DNA of 64,000 bases from Eledone cirrhosa (lineage: Eukaryota): positions 297,042,001 to 297,106,000 of the forward strand of contig OZ024742.1 of NCBI GenBank assembly GCA_964016885.1, read 5' to 3'. Below are positions 1 to 12,699 of this stretch, one piece after another (position 1 is the first letter of the stretch; every line of letters begins with the position of its first letter). Under the pieces are notes generated by a model that saw nothing but the letters and a program-made list of their open reading frames with translations, did no database searches and was not told the origin of the DNA. The translations under genes were made by a program, and so were the position numbers.

Positions 1-55
1 TCCAGGGGCCATTGAAAGAGTTTACTGAGCTAATTGATAGTCTCCTGCTCTCTGG
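1..55 (-). other. 5' part of a candidate Ig (C2-like) exon, runs off the window edge
   Basis: Acceptor ttctaaatttgtcag| then open frame PESRRLSISSVNSFNGPW; acceptor and start resemble the + strand exon at 62100 (aaattgtcag|CCAGGATCAGGA). Confidence 0.45.
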
Positions 56-97
56 CTGACAAATTTAGAAAATGGAAAACATAAACAGAACTTGATT

Positions 98-672
98 GTG
101 CATATATATATGTGTGCCTGTATGTATATATATACATGCTACTGTACGTCTGTATACATATATGTATGTACGTATACATACATACTTACATTTAAGTAAG
201 TGCCGTACTAAGAGTGAGAAATGAAATTTCGTTTCATTCTATTCCATTTATCGTTTTCGGTGCGCCTGGCCGACTGAACTCACTTGATATGCAAATTAGG
301 TTGCTCAGCTGTTAATTTTCATAAGGAAAGTATATACTTTTGGACGTACAACCATCTGGCAGAAAGGTATACGGTGCTGGCGATAGCTAATAAGCTTGAA
401 ACTAGTACATCGTTCCTGTGTCAGTGTTGAACAAAAAGGTGACGTGGTTGCCTAAACACTGTACGGCGTAATTCAGGCTGTTCGTTTGTTTACAAACGAA
501 CAAACCGAGCATTATAATAAATGTTCGGTAAACTGATACGTGCATATATATATGTGTGCCTGTATGTATATATATACATGCTACTGTACGTCTGTATACC
601 TATATGTATGTACGTATACATACATACTTACATTTAAGTAAGTGCCGTACTAAGAGTGAGAAATGAAATTTG
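98..672 (+). mobile_element. Penelope pLTR/retrozyme-like unit (~1.3 copies of a ~440 bp unit) with hammerhead motif
   Basis: 98-230 repeated directly at ~540-672; hammerhead at 371-413; homologous to 18885-19470. Confidence 0.7.
371..413 (+). ncRNA. Minimal type I hammerhead ribozyme (core variant CTGGCGA)
   Basis: acggtg-CTGGCGA-tagct aata agctt-GAAAC-TA-GTA-catcgt; stem I pairs acggtg/catcgt; palindromic ACTAGT stem III. Confidence 0.65.
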
Positions 673-1296
673 ATTACAAATAGATTTTAACAAAACTTAA
701 GTAAAGAGAATTAAATACTGATTACTGGAACTTTACATATATCAATACCAAATCTAATATTATTAACACCATCTCTAATTATGTTATTAAAATATGAAAA
801 TAGGTTTAAGATATATATATATATAAGCTGTACAGTGATAAATAGGTTATTATTTTTCTAAAGATATAGTGTGTTGTATCATTACAAAACAGGATTTTGT
901 TGGCATTAATACTTTTCTTTACTTCCGTATAAGTCAATCTCAGAGTTGAAGAAATATAAATAAGGTTGATTAAATCTAAAATCAAATATATAAGTGTGTG
1001 AAGATAACTGCAGTTTTATAAAGAAATGCATTAAAAAGAAATCGCTACCGGAAAACATATTTTAGAATAAAATATTAAAGAGATTAGAATAGCATAAAAA
1101 GGGGAAAATATCGTCAATCTTTACAAATCTAATATATCAGAGATTTCTCATGTTGAAAAGAATAAAAACCATGTAATAAATATTATATTAATGTTGGATA
1201 ATTGTAAAAAATTGCTGTAGTTTACGAGATAGATTTGCATTAAATTTTATGTCTGATAGCAGTTTGTTTCAAAACGAAATTGCTGACAATAGCAAT

Positions 1297-1482
1297 AATT
1301 GTTTCTACTTTTGGCACAAGGCCAGCAATTACCCAGTACATTACTGGTACTTTATTGTATCGACCCCGTAAGGATGAAAGGCAAAGTTAACCCCGGCGGG
1401 ATTTGAACTCAGATCGTAAAGGGACGTAACTAAGCTGGAAAGCATGGCATCCGACCCTCTACCGATACTGCCAATCCATCGC
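1297..1482 (-). mobile_element. tRNA-derived SINE (family A) with TSD
   Basis: A/B-box head (tggcagtatcggtag ... gagttcaaatccc on -); gctgacaatagcaataat duplicated on both flanks; other copies at ~5474-5666(-), 21635-21825(+), 26658-26848(-), 44357-44540(-), 53815-54030(+), 63148-63340(+). Confidence 0.85.
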
Positions 1483-1626
1483 TGACAATAGCAATAATGA
1501 AAGTTGCACATCTACTGAGAGTAAAATAATTTATTTTACCTTATATTTGCATTATCTTCCATGGATCCTCAACGCCTGATAGAATCATAGGGGCAACTTG
1601 ATGATATATGCTGTATTTTGAGCATT

Positions 1627-1856
1627 TTAACCCTTTAACATCTACTTTACTCTATATTTACTATTATATTTTCACTGTAAAGGCTTTACCTCACGTAATT
1701 ATCTCACATAATATTGAATCTATGAGATTTTGATGTTATTTATTTTGTGAACAATATCTTAATGCTGGTATGAGTGGCAGGTTATGACTGGTTTGAACAG
1801 AAAGAGGTGAGAGAATTCAGGTCGGATACGGTTGGTTTAAATGCTAAAAATTTAAA
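1627..1856. mobile_element. piggyBac-type MITE (decayed)
   Basis: Starts TTAACCCTTTA, ends tttaaatgctaaaaatTTAA; second copy at 50779-51003. Confidence 0.6.
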
Positions 1857-2141
1857 CCTGGTGAAGCCAATCTCTTTAAGTCAGAACACAACCAATTTCA
1901 CCGAGAGATAAAGGGAGAAAGAAAAGGAATAAATTCACTATTGAACTGTTACTTTATCTGTTCACCCTGGAAGAATGAAAAGACAAAATTGACCACGGAG
2001 AGATCTGAACTCAGAATGCAGACACTCAGAACAAATACCACAAAACATTAAATCCAATGTTCTAGTTATTCTACCAATTTACTATCTTAATATTTTTTAA
2101 GGAAATTTTAAATGTATCATTAATATCTGTTTTTGTAATAG

Positions 2142-2392
2142 GAGTACCATATATTTACACGTTGTAAGAGACATCTAAAAGGGTTGACATTAGAAAGGTT
2201 ATCTTGTCATCAAAACTGTCCATTCCTATAAAGGTCCCATCTGACCCATACCAGTATGGAGGAGTGAATGTGCAATGATGATGAAAATAATTATGATGAA
2301 CACATACAAATCTGACAATTGATTCAATGATAATCCAATCTGCAAAGTTGTACCTTATATCAAAATCAGACATTTTAATATATAAGGAAAAC
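2142..2392 (+). pseudogene. Ig I/C2-like pseudo-exon
   Basis: ttttgtaatag| phase-1 frame GVPYIYTL*ETSKRVDIRKVILSSKLSIP...VNVQ***K*L**THTNLTIDSMIIQSAKLY; NLTI..M...S.K.Y resembles Ig E/F strands; cysteines lost. Confidence 0.45.
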
Positions 2393-2679
2393 GTAATGGG
2401 GCCCCTTGGTTATAAATGGCCATGGGTTCTGCATCCATGACTGACTGGTCATAGATTTACCTCTCTAAGACACAAGTTGTCAGCATATGTACAACCTCAC
2501 AAACACACACCACAGGATAAAAGACACATTCTCATTTCCAAAATAACTAATAGCCAAAGACATGATAAAAATATACAAAATTTACAATTGGAAATTTGAG
2601 AATTTCACAAAACGATTTTCTCCAAACTTTTAAATTTCAGAATTTCAAGAAAAATCTTTTTTGACAACTGTAACCCTTC

Positions 2680-3050
2680 CTAACCCATCACACACACATA
2701 ACACAGGATTCCACACCACCCTTACACTGTTAAGTTATGTTGGTATCACAAAAAAAACACCCAGCCCACACTTTAAAGTGGTCATGTAGCTGTCACGACA
2801 AAAAACACCCAGCTTACACTGTAAGGTGGTTGTATAAGTGTCATGACAAAAAGCACCCAGTCCAGACTGTAAATGATGTTGGTATTAGGAAGGGCATCCA
2901 GCCATAGAAACCTAGCCAGAAACAGTTCTATATGAGCAAGACACGGTCACCCACACCCAACTTGCCTCTAATGGGACAACCCACCTAACCCATGCTAACA
3001 TGGAAAATGGACGTTAAATGATGATAATCATCATCATCATCATCATCATT
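2680..3050 (+). mobile_element. RTE LINE 3' UTR / RTE-tailed SINE fragment
   Basis: ~39-bp cccagcccacactgtaaagtgg repeats, ggtattaggaagggcatccagcc, (TGA/CAT)n tail; same as 3' end of the RTE at 37313-37700. Confidence 0.75.
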
Positions 3051-4571
3051 AACGCCTATCTTCTGAAAATAATAGTGGTTGTGACTTCCAAGGTTCAGCT
3101 ACAGAAAATATTTAATTACACTCAGCTTAGATATATTGAGAGTTCATTTAGTTAATATTCGAATATTTTAAGTACATTAGTATTTTAAACACACTTTAAT
3201 ATATATATTTGCAAATGTGCATGTGTGTGTGTGGGGAGGTATCTGTGTAAACTTGCATGAGTTGCATCATAGTACATTCCTTTAAGCCAAAACAGAAAAA
3301 CTTCCATAAACAGAGATCTTAAAAATAAAATTGAGACCAAAATAATTAAGCGTGATTTTGCGTATATATAATTCCTTGAGGGTGGCGCCACAGCAGGGCT
3401 GCAGTTCAATGGCTGAAAACAGTAAAAAAAAAAAAAAAGAATAGTGGATATAAAAAAAAAGTAAATCAAAACGAAACTAAATAATAAAAATGTTTGATTT
3501 TAGGTACAAGGCCAACAATTTGGGGGAGGAGAAAGTCAATTAAATCTACCCCAGTGCATTACTGGTACTTTATTTTATAGACCCCTTAATGATGAATGTT
3601 TGATCCCTTAATGTTCGAACTCAGAACATAAATGTTGTCCAAGGCCTTAACGATACTACTAAGTAAAGTAATAATGATTGCTGTGCTAACTCAACCAGGA
3701 ATGTGTAAATTATAGGTAGACTTGGATTTTGTGCTAGCTTTTTAATACAAAATTGATGATATTAATATCAATAGAAGTATATTTTGGTAAACAAAAATAA
3801 AATCTCAAGAACAAATTTCACAGTTTTGGCTAACAGAAGAAAAAAAATAGCAGAAAATAAATCGCAGGAAAAAATTGGAATTGAAGACTTTTCAATGTTT
3901 TGTTTTCTTATATCATTATAGATATAAGTTTCGATTGTTTTAAATAAATTGCCTTTTTGTGGAGTTTAGATAAATGGATGTTAGATGATGATGATGATGT
4001 TTGATTCCTATATTTCAATTGGTAGAAGTAATTTAACGACCATGCATGGGCTTTTTCATTGAGTAAATGTCACTGGTGCTCATAACCATGTCTCTCTGGA
4101 TTAAGCTGTTCTAACCATGGCAATGACATTCTTTTTTTTTTCAGACAATACATCTAGCACTGATTTACCCAGTTGCCTGTATTGTTTTAAAATGGTGATG
4201 ATGGATATTATGTTTGTTTTAAATAATGGGCATTCAGTTGTATGATCAACTGAACATGTGACCTGTAAGTGGTTGAGTATTTCAAAGATACACGTTCCTT
4301 TAATGTAATTTTCAGAGAGAACCAGTGTGAAACAATATGTGACAAAGCTGGCTCTTTGATTTACAAGAACAATCGATGCAATGGGCTTCCACATAATTTC
4401 TATTTCACTCACAAGATATGAGTTGATCCAAGGCTATGTCCAAGATGCCATCTAACCTGGGATCTTATGATTGTGAAGCAAACATCTTAACCCCTCAGTC
4501 ATGCTCCCTACATGCATCTTCATACATTGAATGTAATTTTCCACAGTACGATTGTTAATTTGTTTTCACAG

Positions 4572-4919
4572 AACTAACATTTTATTCTATGCAGCTATGA
4601 GAGAAAATATCTATGGGGTGATTGACATACATGTACATTTGGATGATGTAAAGAGAAGTCATGCATCTATAGAATATCCATGGATGGGAGGTGACAGATG
4701 AGTTCCCAATCGTATACAGGAAATTCCTTTTAAAATAAATCCATAAATTCACAACAGTTGAGAACGATCCTGAATATATCAGAAACAGAATTCTTATAAA
4801 GTGATCCATTGATTTTTGTCTAATGCTTCAATTATGGAATGATAACAATAGTTTTTCTTTAGTTAGGAAACAGCAGTGTCCATGACCCTTTTTAAAACCT
4901 TCAATACTGTTGGAGAGGA
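4572..4919 (+). pseudogene. Ig V-like pseudo-exon
   Basis: tgttttcacag| ELTFYS...LTYMY..DDVKRSHASIE..EVTDEFPIVYRKF...VENDPEYIRNRILIK; donor gtaagg at 4920; paralogous to 5282-6130 and 52392-52696 (EGMRNRILTR). Confidence 0.55.
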
Positions 4920-5281
4920 GTAAGGTATCCTCAAATTAACAGCCTGGTCAAAATCCCAGTAGTAGAGTGAACTTTGCGAAGTGCACTCAAGGGCAAACCT
5001 GTTGGTGGTTGTGTTAAACTGGGTAATGAATTAAGACTACATACTGAATAGATCATAGAAGTAGATTTGAACTGAGGAGGATACAAAATCCCAGAAAAAT
5101 TAGCACAAGGCATTTCGTTTGGTGCTCTCACAATTTAATTTAATCTACCACCCTAGAATAATACCTTATATGCCAATCCAAGAATGACAAAAGTGAAGCT
5201 GATGTCAATGAGATTTGAACTTTGAGCACCAAGAATCATTATGTAGATTTGCTCAGAATAATTCTAAATTTGTTTTCTCAG

Positions 5282-5966
5282 ATCTAACATTCAAATTCAT
5301 GCAGCTGTTATAGAAAGGATCTGTGATATGATTTAAACATATATTTGGAAGATAGAAATAGAAGCCATGCATCTATAGAATATACATGGTTGGTTGATAA
5401 ATGAGATCCCATCTAACTAAACAATATTTAAAAGAGAGAAAGACAAAGAATGAATTGCAGTAGATGATGAGAATAATTGTTTCTACCTTTGGCACAAGGC
5501 CAGCAATTACCCAGTGTATTACTGGTACCTTTTTTTATTGACCCCGTAAGGATGAACGGCAAAGTTAACCTTGGCGGGATTTGAACTCAGACCATAAAGG
5601 GCCGTAACTCTTTGCTGCAAAGCATGGCGTCCGACCCTACTACCGATACTGCCAATCCACCGCCCTCATTGCAGTAGATGATGAGAATAATGACTGTGAT
5701 GAAGATTGGAAAGAGAAATAGAATGAGATGTTTGGATAATGTGCTCAGGGAGTATGAAAGTGGCTGTGTGAGAGGAATGATTGAAATATATGTATAATAT
5801 AAGGAAATAAAGTGAGGTAAAGAGCAAGAAATACATGGCTAAGGTGAGGAGAGGGGAAATGAAAGCCAGGGAATTGGTGAAGGAGGATGCAGACGATAGG
5901 TCAAAATAAAGAAACCTGTAAGACTAACCCTTGTAAAGCCTGTAAGACTAACCCCTTAAAACACAT

Positions 5967-6016
<50 letters not shown>

Positions 6017-6130
6017 TCAGAATAATCCTGAATCTATCATGAATAGAATTCTTATAACGTAATCTGTTGTTTCCTCTACTGTTGATAATTAGGGAATGGC
6101 AAACAATAGTATGATTCGGTTTCATAAGAA
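5282..6130 (+). pseudogene. Tandem duplicate of the 4572 V-like pseudo-exon, split by insertions
   Basis: tgttttctcag|ATCTAACATT.. aligns with 4572-4690; second half NNPESIMNRILIT at ~6015-6110, after a SINE and (TAG)n. Confidence 0.55.
5474..5666 (-). mobile_element. tRNA-derived SINE (family A) with 24-bp TSD
   Basis: attgcagtagatgatgagaataat on both sides. Confidence 0.85.
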
Positions 6131-6199
6131 TGGATGTTGTATCGATGATATAATCAATATCTTTTCTAGTCATCCTTTATGCTTCAGAAATTAAATTCA

Positions 6200-6965
6200 A
6201 ATACTCCTAAGTTTGTGATCATGTGTAGCTACGAATAGAATTATCATCACCCATTCTTTTCAGTAAACATATCAACTACTATGCTTAGCTTTTAAAGATT
6301 TACTAGTACTAAAGGTGTTGCTCAAAAGCGATATCTTTCCATCTACCAGTTCAGCAGAAAAAGTGAAAATAAGTATTCGGAAGTGAAAATAAGTATAATC
6401 AGTCAACATCAGGGAGGAAAAAATGCTATTGCACATGATATGCTGTTACCTCATTCAACGATCTCCACTATTATTCAGAACAAGGAAAGAGTTTTGAAAT
6501 CGTATAAAATTTAGCCAACATGCAGTTGATGATAATAGCAAAACAAGTAACAAGAATCTATACAGGAAATGGAAAATTGATTGAAAGACTAGATAAAAAA
6601 AAGCCTGTACACATAAACATAGTAACAATTCAAACTAAGATTAAGAGTTTCCAACATTTTGAAAGAACGAAGAGATGAGTATTTAGAAAACTCCCAAGTT
6701 AGTATTGGATGGCCTATTGGCTTAAACAAAAGACCAACAAAATAATCTGCATAACACCCAGGTAACAACAAATGCCAATATAGTTGCAGCTGAGATGTAT
6801 ATTAAAACTGGATAATTTAATCCCAAGAGAACAGAATTTAAACATAAGATTATTTACTTGTACCAGAAGAGGATAAAAGGTATTAGTTATGTAATACATA
6901 CAACTTCCTTAGGAACTTCAGGTTTATGTATATATGATCATTTGTCACCAGGGTCTTACATAACC
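6200..6965 (+). mobile_element. Tigger/pogo transposase relic
   Basis: CENP-B-type HTH remnant HQGGKNAIAHDMLLPHSTISTIIQNKERVLK; homologous to 59917-60910. Confidence 0.6.
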
Positions 6966-7177
6966 AGGCCATTGAAATATATATAGCGTTTTTTTTTACA
7001 ATAAAACTTTAAAGGGATATCACCAGTCCAGCCTCCTGTTATATTAATCAAATTAATATCTATCTATCTATCTATATCTAGTAATTATAATAAATGTGAA
7101 GACTAAAATCCAAACAGGGCTCAATAAGGATGAATATATATCAAATATATAAGAACCCTAGAGCAAATATGTATTCA

Positions 7178-7346
7178 AATAACAGATTAAAGTTTAAGCA
7201 AAGAATCGTTGCTTTCACCCTTAACGGGATCTTCTGAAACAATTAAAGTTTAAGCAAAGAATCGCTGCTTTCCCCTTAACAGTTTCAGAAGATCCTGTTA
7301 AGGGTAAAAGCAGCGATTCTTTGCTTAAATTTTAATCTGTTATTTT
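7178..7346. repeat. Inverted/tandem repeat of a ~60-bp Penelope-pLTR-like motif
   Basis: aacagattaaagtttaagcaaagaatcg...gggatcttctgaaac, a partial second copy, then its reverse complement; same motif at 19545-19660 and 26443-26502. Confidence 0.75.
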
Positions 7347-7370
7347 AATAAATATATATATATATATATA

Positions 7371-7684
7371 TGTTGTTTCCTTGAGCAAGACACTTTATTT
7401 CACATTGCTCCAGTTTACTCAGCTGTAGAAATGAGATGATAGGACTGGGGTCCCTATCATTCAACTGCAAAGTGGTCGCGGAGGAGCCACGGCAAAAAAA
7501 CACCCAGCCCACACTGTAAAGTGGACATGTAGGCGCCACGGCAAAAAATCACCCAGCACTCACTGTAAATGAGGTTGGTGTTAGAAAGGGCATCCAGCTG
7601 TAGAAATCAAGCCTCAATCAGTTCCCGTCCCACCCTTGCAAGCAGGGAAAAGTGGACGTAAAATGATGATGATTGATGATATGA

Positions 7685-7690
<6 letters not shown>
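7371..7690 (+). mobile_element. SINE family B (RTE-derived tail), 5'-truncated
   Basis: ccttgagcaagacactttatttcacattgctccag...gtaaaatgatgatg; fuller copies at 17315-17657(-) and 56624-56972(+). Confidence 0.8.
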
Positions 7691-7718
<28 letters not shown>

Positions 7719-8159
7719 TGTTTATATGTATATATTTCTTTATGCATATAAGAACTCCTTTCGATCATGAATGACTATGGCATTTGCACCTAGAAAGTTC
7801 CGCTCCAAAGCCCAAGTCTAGGCAAGTTTATTTGTGGAAGACCAGCAGTCACCCATATATATATATATATATACCAGTCTCCCCTCTTCACACCACATAT
7901 GTTGTCTAAAGGAAAGGTAAAGGCAGAGATATCTTGGCACCAGTGATGTCACGACACATTTCTACATCTAAGTAAACTGGTGCAACATGAAATAAAGTCT
8001 TGCTGAAGGACACAACACACAACCTGGTTTAGGAATCAATCTCACAATCTCACCATTGCAAGCCCAACGCTTTAACTACTAAGCCATTCACTTTTCACAT
8101 TCTTTATAATGCATATAATATATCTCCATATACATATATATGTGGGGGGATGGGAGGAA

Positions 8160-8247
<88 letters not shown>

Positions 8248-8390
8248 GTGTGTGCGTGTATGTATTTATGTGTGTGTGTGTGTATTTATAAATGCTCTTG
8301 AATTTTCCAGTACTTCAACGATTGTTTTTTGTTAACTTTTATTGCATATCATTAATACTTTTCCTTTCTTTCTGTTTGCATATTATTCAG

Positions 8391-8705
8391 CCTCCAGGGT
8401 TTACAGCATCTGAGATGTTATGAAACAGTTAATTCTCTATTAAGTTTAAATGTTGAACATATTTGTCCCGAGAGAAGAATTGTAATACAAATTCCTACTA
8501 CTTATCTTCGATTAGTTTTCAAAGCAGCTTTGCCTTGTACATACATTAAATAGAACATGAAACATTTCCATGTGAAGTTCTAGACTACAAATACAACTTA
8601 TAGAATTGTTTGTCAAATATATAAAAATGATTTGCAACAAGTGCTTTTGTTTATCTAGAAAGAGAAAATATATTCTGCATTGTGATATATAACAATAAAT
8701 TTTTG
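8391..8705 (+). pseudogene. Ig C2-like pseudo-exon
   Basis: tattattcag| PPGFTASEML*NS*FSIKFKC*T...ERENIFCIVIYNNKFL |gtaagt; two Cys ~75 codons apart in one frame with many stops. Confidence 0.45.
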
Positions 8706-8867
8706 GTAAGTCTTAAAGGAAACCTTTAAGCAGATTCCACACCTAATTCAGTAAAAGGTGAAGTATTTATCATCATTATTACATCCTTACGGGGTCGATC
8801 AAATAAAGTACCAGTAATGCACTGGAATAATTGCTGGCCTTGTGCCAAAAGTAGAAATAATTATTAC

Positions 8868-9129
8868 ATCTGAACAGATCTTCATATCAGACCAAGGGAA
8901 TATGCTCATTCTAAATGCCTCAATCTGCCATCACTCTTCAGATTCCCAATACAGTCTTCAATTTGATGTAGTTTTGAAATTAGACAGTTTGTCTTCCACA
9001 GTTAATTCATCCATGTAATAGCTGTAATACCACTATATTGGCAGCTTCAGGATCTCTTCTACAGCGACATAACAATCGTGATCTTCACCAGCCATTTTGA
9101 TACCAAACTGGCACAAACTGCCTCAGGTT
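8868..9129 (-). pseudogene. Ig I/C2-like pseudo-exon
   Basis: Mixed frames read EPEAV..AGEDH.LLCRCRRDPEAANI.WYY...LTVEDKL.ISKLHQIEDCIG; C-x-P-x-WY and L.IS.L...D..G pattern; acceptor mutated. Confidence 0.55.
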
Positions 9130-9238
9130 TTATGAAATAAAACCATCCAATTTAAAGGATTCCTATTCAAATAGTTTTGTTGCTACTTAATTTCAACCAT
9201 GCCATTAATAATTGATTTAGTTATGGCATCACACATAC

Positions 9239-9494
9239 AGTGTAAAGGTTATGCTCAAAATAGAGGAAACTACAGACACACCAAGGAGCTTGACCACGTT
9301 ACTGAAAGCGTAGTACCATTGCTTAGTAACAGAATTAACCAAGATGGCTAATGTGGTAAGAAGATGTAGGCTCAATATATTCTTTCTAGTGAGACAACTA
9401 CATGTTGACTTGAAGGAAGTTGTGGACAGGTTTCTACACTCAGTAATCTGATGGTTACTAGGGTTAGATGAATGGCTTGGGAGATCTGTATCGC
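9239..9494 (-). pseudogene. Ig-like exon relic, stop-free in one frame
   Basis: cttttatatag| DTDLPSHSSNPSNHQITECRNLS...SILSITFT |gtatgt; start resembles GPD.P.IS.NP...I.EG.NLS. Confidence 0.45.
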
Positions 9495-9626
9495 CTATAT
9501 AAAAGGGTTAAAGGGTCCATAAAGACTGTGTGCAATTTAAAATACATGTATTATTTTAAATTGCATGTGGATTTTATGGACACCATTGTATATCTTTTGA
9601 TAGAGTTGTGAGATATGGGCACTCAC

Positions 9627-10142
9627 ATAGATGTTTGAATATAAGCTAGAAAGAGTCACACTGCAAACATTATTTCTAATAACTTTAGTTAATTAAGGAG
9701 GCTAGACTTAGTATATGTTCTCAGAGCAAATATATGAACATATATAGATGATAGTAATAGATTCTCCCACAATGAGCAGTCTGTAGTTCCATCAAATGGT
9801 TGTCAATCTCATGAATTAAGCTGTATGGGGTTGAGTGTTCTACAAACACATGCAGCCTTAATAGAATTTTCAAGCAGAATCACTGACAATCCAACTGACA
9901 GTTTTCCACACACTTTCCATCTACCCATATTCACTCACAATGCTTTGGTTGATCTAGAGCTATGATAAAGACAAGTGCTCAAGATGCATGCAGTGAAATA
10001 GAACCTGGGGCCATCCATGCATGCATCAATACAATTTTTTCATGTATCAGGTTGGTGTCAGAATAGTGGGTATCATAAAAGAAGTTCCGCATGTGAGAAT
10101 GGAAATCATGACCTTCAAATTATCAAGGAAGACTTTGCTTTA
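9627..10142 (-). pseudogene. Ig C2-like pseudo-exon split by a SINE (~9815-10015)
   Basis: acattcatag| VKQSLP**FEGHD.ILTCGTSFMIPTILTPT*YMKK (LTC...P...[W]Y); donor gtgagt at 9626. Confidence 0.55.
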
Positions 10143-10578
10143 CTATGAATGTAAAATAATCCACTCGGTAGATGTGAATATTTGGCACGCAAAATCTATT
10201 GGTTGAACCTAGGACAACATTCATCACTTGTTGGGTGAACCTAGTATTGTCAAATCTGAGTATGACACACATGCACATTCAATAGCATTCTCTAGTCTTC
10301 ATCTATCTATATACTACTAAAACCCTGTGATTGCTTGCTTGCTTATCTGTAATGTAATACAGCCAAAAGTACGCATAATGGGAAACAACTTTGAAAGGAG
10401 GTTGACCCTGAAATGGGGATACAAATGGAATAAAACAAGTTCATAAACAGAAAGGGGGGGGGGAGATAGTGAGAAAGAGATAGTGGTTGTGAGAGACTAG
10501 ATTGAAAGATAGACATAGAGAGAGGGAGAGGAAACAGAGAACGAGAATGGAAGAGAGAGAGAGAGCTGGTGGTGTTGT

Positions 10579-10620
<42 letters not shown>

Positions 10621-11179
10621 AGTGTGTGTATATATATATATATGTGTGTGTCTATGACCAGTGTATATAGATCACAGACACCCACATATATATATATACA
10701 CACACGCATACATATATATATGGGCCTTCCAGTTTCATTTCACATTATATACATGTCTGAGTATATTCTAATTATTTAAAAATTATTTTTAAGTGAACAT
10801 GATTTTTTAAAAATATTTTGAAGCGAACATGACCCAACAGGTCATGGGTGGTCTAGTTATATGCAACTATAGAGAACATTTTGTCATTTGTGGGATGTTT
10901 GTACACCTTAAGATAGCCAGTGGGTTTTTTTTTTATTATATATCAAATAGGTGGAGAATTGGCAGAGTCGTTAGAATGTTGGATAGAATGGTTTATAGCA
11001 TTCATATCAGCTTTCTGCTCTCTGAGTTTAAATCCTGTCGAGGTCAACGTTGCCATTCCTTCATTAATAGTTGATAAAAAAAAGTACCAGTCAAGTACTG
11101 GGGTTGATTCTTCATCTATATTCCTTTCTCATTTCCTCTCTCTCACTTTGTATATTTCTCTGGAAGAAATCTGCTGTAC

Positions 11180-11436
11180 TCAGGCCTGCAGAGTGTTGGG
11201 CTGTGCAAAGCTTAAAGTGCCCAAGAAACGTTCTATGTGTGTCCCTACAACTCTATCAGGTGTTATGGGACTATACATATATCAAATAAGAATAGTTAAG
11301 ACGGGATTATTTCACCATAATTATTTATTGCATGACATATATTTCTGTTATGTGGTTATGCAATCATAGGTGCAATTATGCAATCATTGAGATATGCTAC
11401 TGGCCATGAGGAACTATCCTGTAGTGATGGTAACAT
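11180..11436 (-). pseudogene. Ig V-like pseudo-exon
   Basis: ttttgcaag| single frame DVTITTG*FLMASSISQ*LHNCTYDCITT*QKYMSCNK*LW*NNPVLTILI*YMYSPITPDRVVGTHIERFLG. Confidence 0.5.
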
Positions 11437-11476
11437 CTTGCAAAATATATATATATGTATATATATATTCACTTAC

Positions 11477-11680
11477 TCATATTTTTGTGTTCCCATTTTA
11501 ATTGTTGGGAAAAACATAACAGTACCCATCAACTTTAAAGCAATAAACCTTGCCCCAGAAGGTTTTCCATGGCTTTTCTTAACTTCAGTGCTTCCATCTC
11601 AAATCAGACATCACTAATGATCACTAGGGAAGAGCTATTACAATGAAAAAATGACAGAACACCATAACGGTCCAATCTAA
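11477..11680 (-). pseudogene. Second half of a split Ig V-like domain
   Basis: atttatttcag| RLDRYGVLSFFHCNSSSLVIISDV*FE(D); donor gtaagt; SL.I.DV..ED is the V-set E-F motif. Confidence 0.5.
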
Positions 11681-12085
11681 CTGAAATAAATTTCTAAATA
11701 TATTTATTATACTTATAATGCCATCTGATAAATTGTATTAACAGTATAAGTCAGGTGAAAATGTTTGAAATTGGAATACAAGGTAAGTTACATAATCAGT
11801 TCCCAGAGAACTTTCAGCCAACTGTAAGCCATTGAAAAAATATGGCATAAGACACCACTTTGTAAATTTCCATTACCATAAATTCATGTGGTTCCCCCTT
11901 TCCCTATTCCTCCCATATAAGGAAATATATTATTTTCTCAAATTTCCATATGAAGCATAAAATTTGCATTGGAAAGCAAATAGGAATGAAGCATTTGTAA
12001 ACTAGAAGAGATGGAGAAAATGAATATGTAAATAGTAATTCGTACATTGACTTCAAATAATATATCAATAGAACAAGACTTTTAC

Positions 12086-12249
12086 GTTGTACTTTCTCAT
12101 CACAACTGCTCATTACACATGATATTACAGCAGAACATGTAATTTTTCTTCATGTTCCCCTTTAGGTGTTTCAACATATTGTATGATATATAAACATTGA
12201 AGCCTCTATGTTGCAGGAGCTGATTATTGCATTCAGGTTGAAGCTATCA
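12086..12249 (-). pseudogene. First half of a split Ig V-like domain
   Basis: aatatatgcag| ...RLQCLYIIQYVETPKG.T*RKITCSAVISC; C.Y....ETP..I.[W].K pattern; donor gtaaaa. Confidence 0.55.
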
Positions 12250-12699
12250 CTGCATATATTGAAATGTTTGAAAGGTAGAAAATGGGTTGTTGTGGTATTC
12301 ATACATTATTATATGAAAACAAGTAAGGAAAAGCCTTTAGTCCCAAACATGAATCTTCAGTCATGATTTATGGTGCTTAGCTTTAATACAATTTATTGAT
12401 TAAATCATGTTTCACCATTGTACCACCACTGCCATTACACTTCTTCTTCATCATAATCTTCCTTTTAATACATCAATCCTGTGCCTCTTGCACTTTTTTT
12501 CAATCTGAAGATAAGTTATTTAGCCCTTTTGATGCCAGTTATCTATGGTTTTAACAAAACAAAATCAAATGTTTTAAAGGGCTCCTATTTAAAATAAAAT
12601 CTTCCAACAAAAGTTGATATAAGAACCTTTTGTACAGTTATGTTATAAATAGTCTCTTAATAATGTAGCAATCAATAGTTTTAGTAAATCCCTCCAAAT

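Noticed and set aside
4101-4412. 103-aa ORF
   Set aside because: Overlaps an old SINE-like repeat that recurs at ~13440-13720, 17940-18200, 32190-32450, 54050-54370 and 61850-62080.
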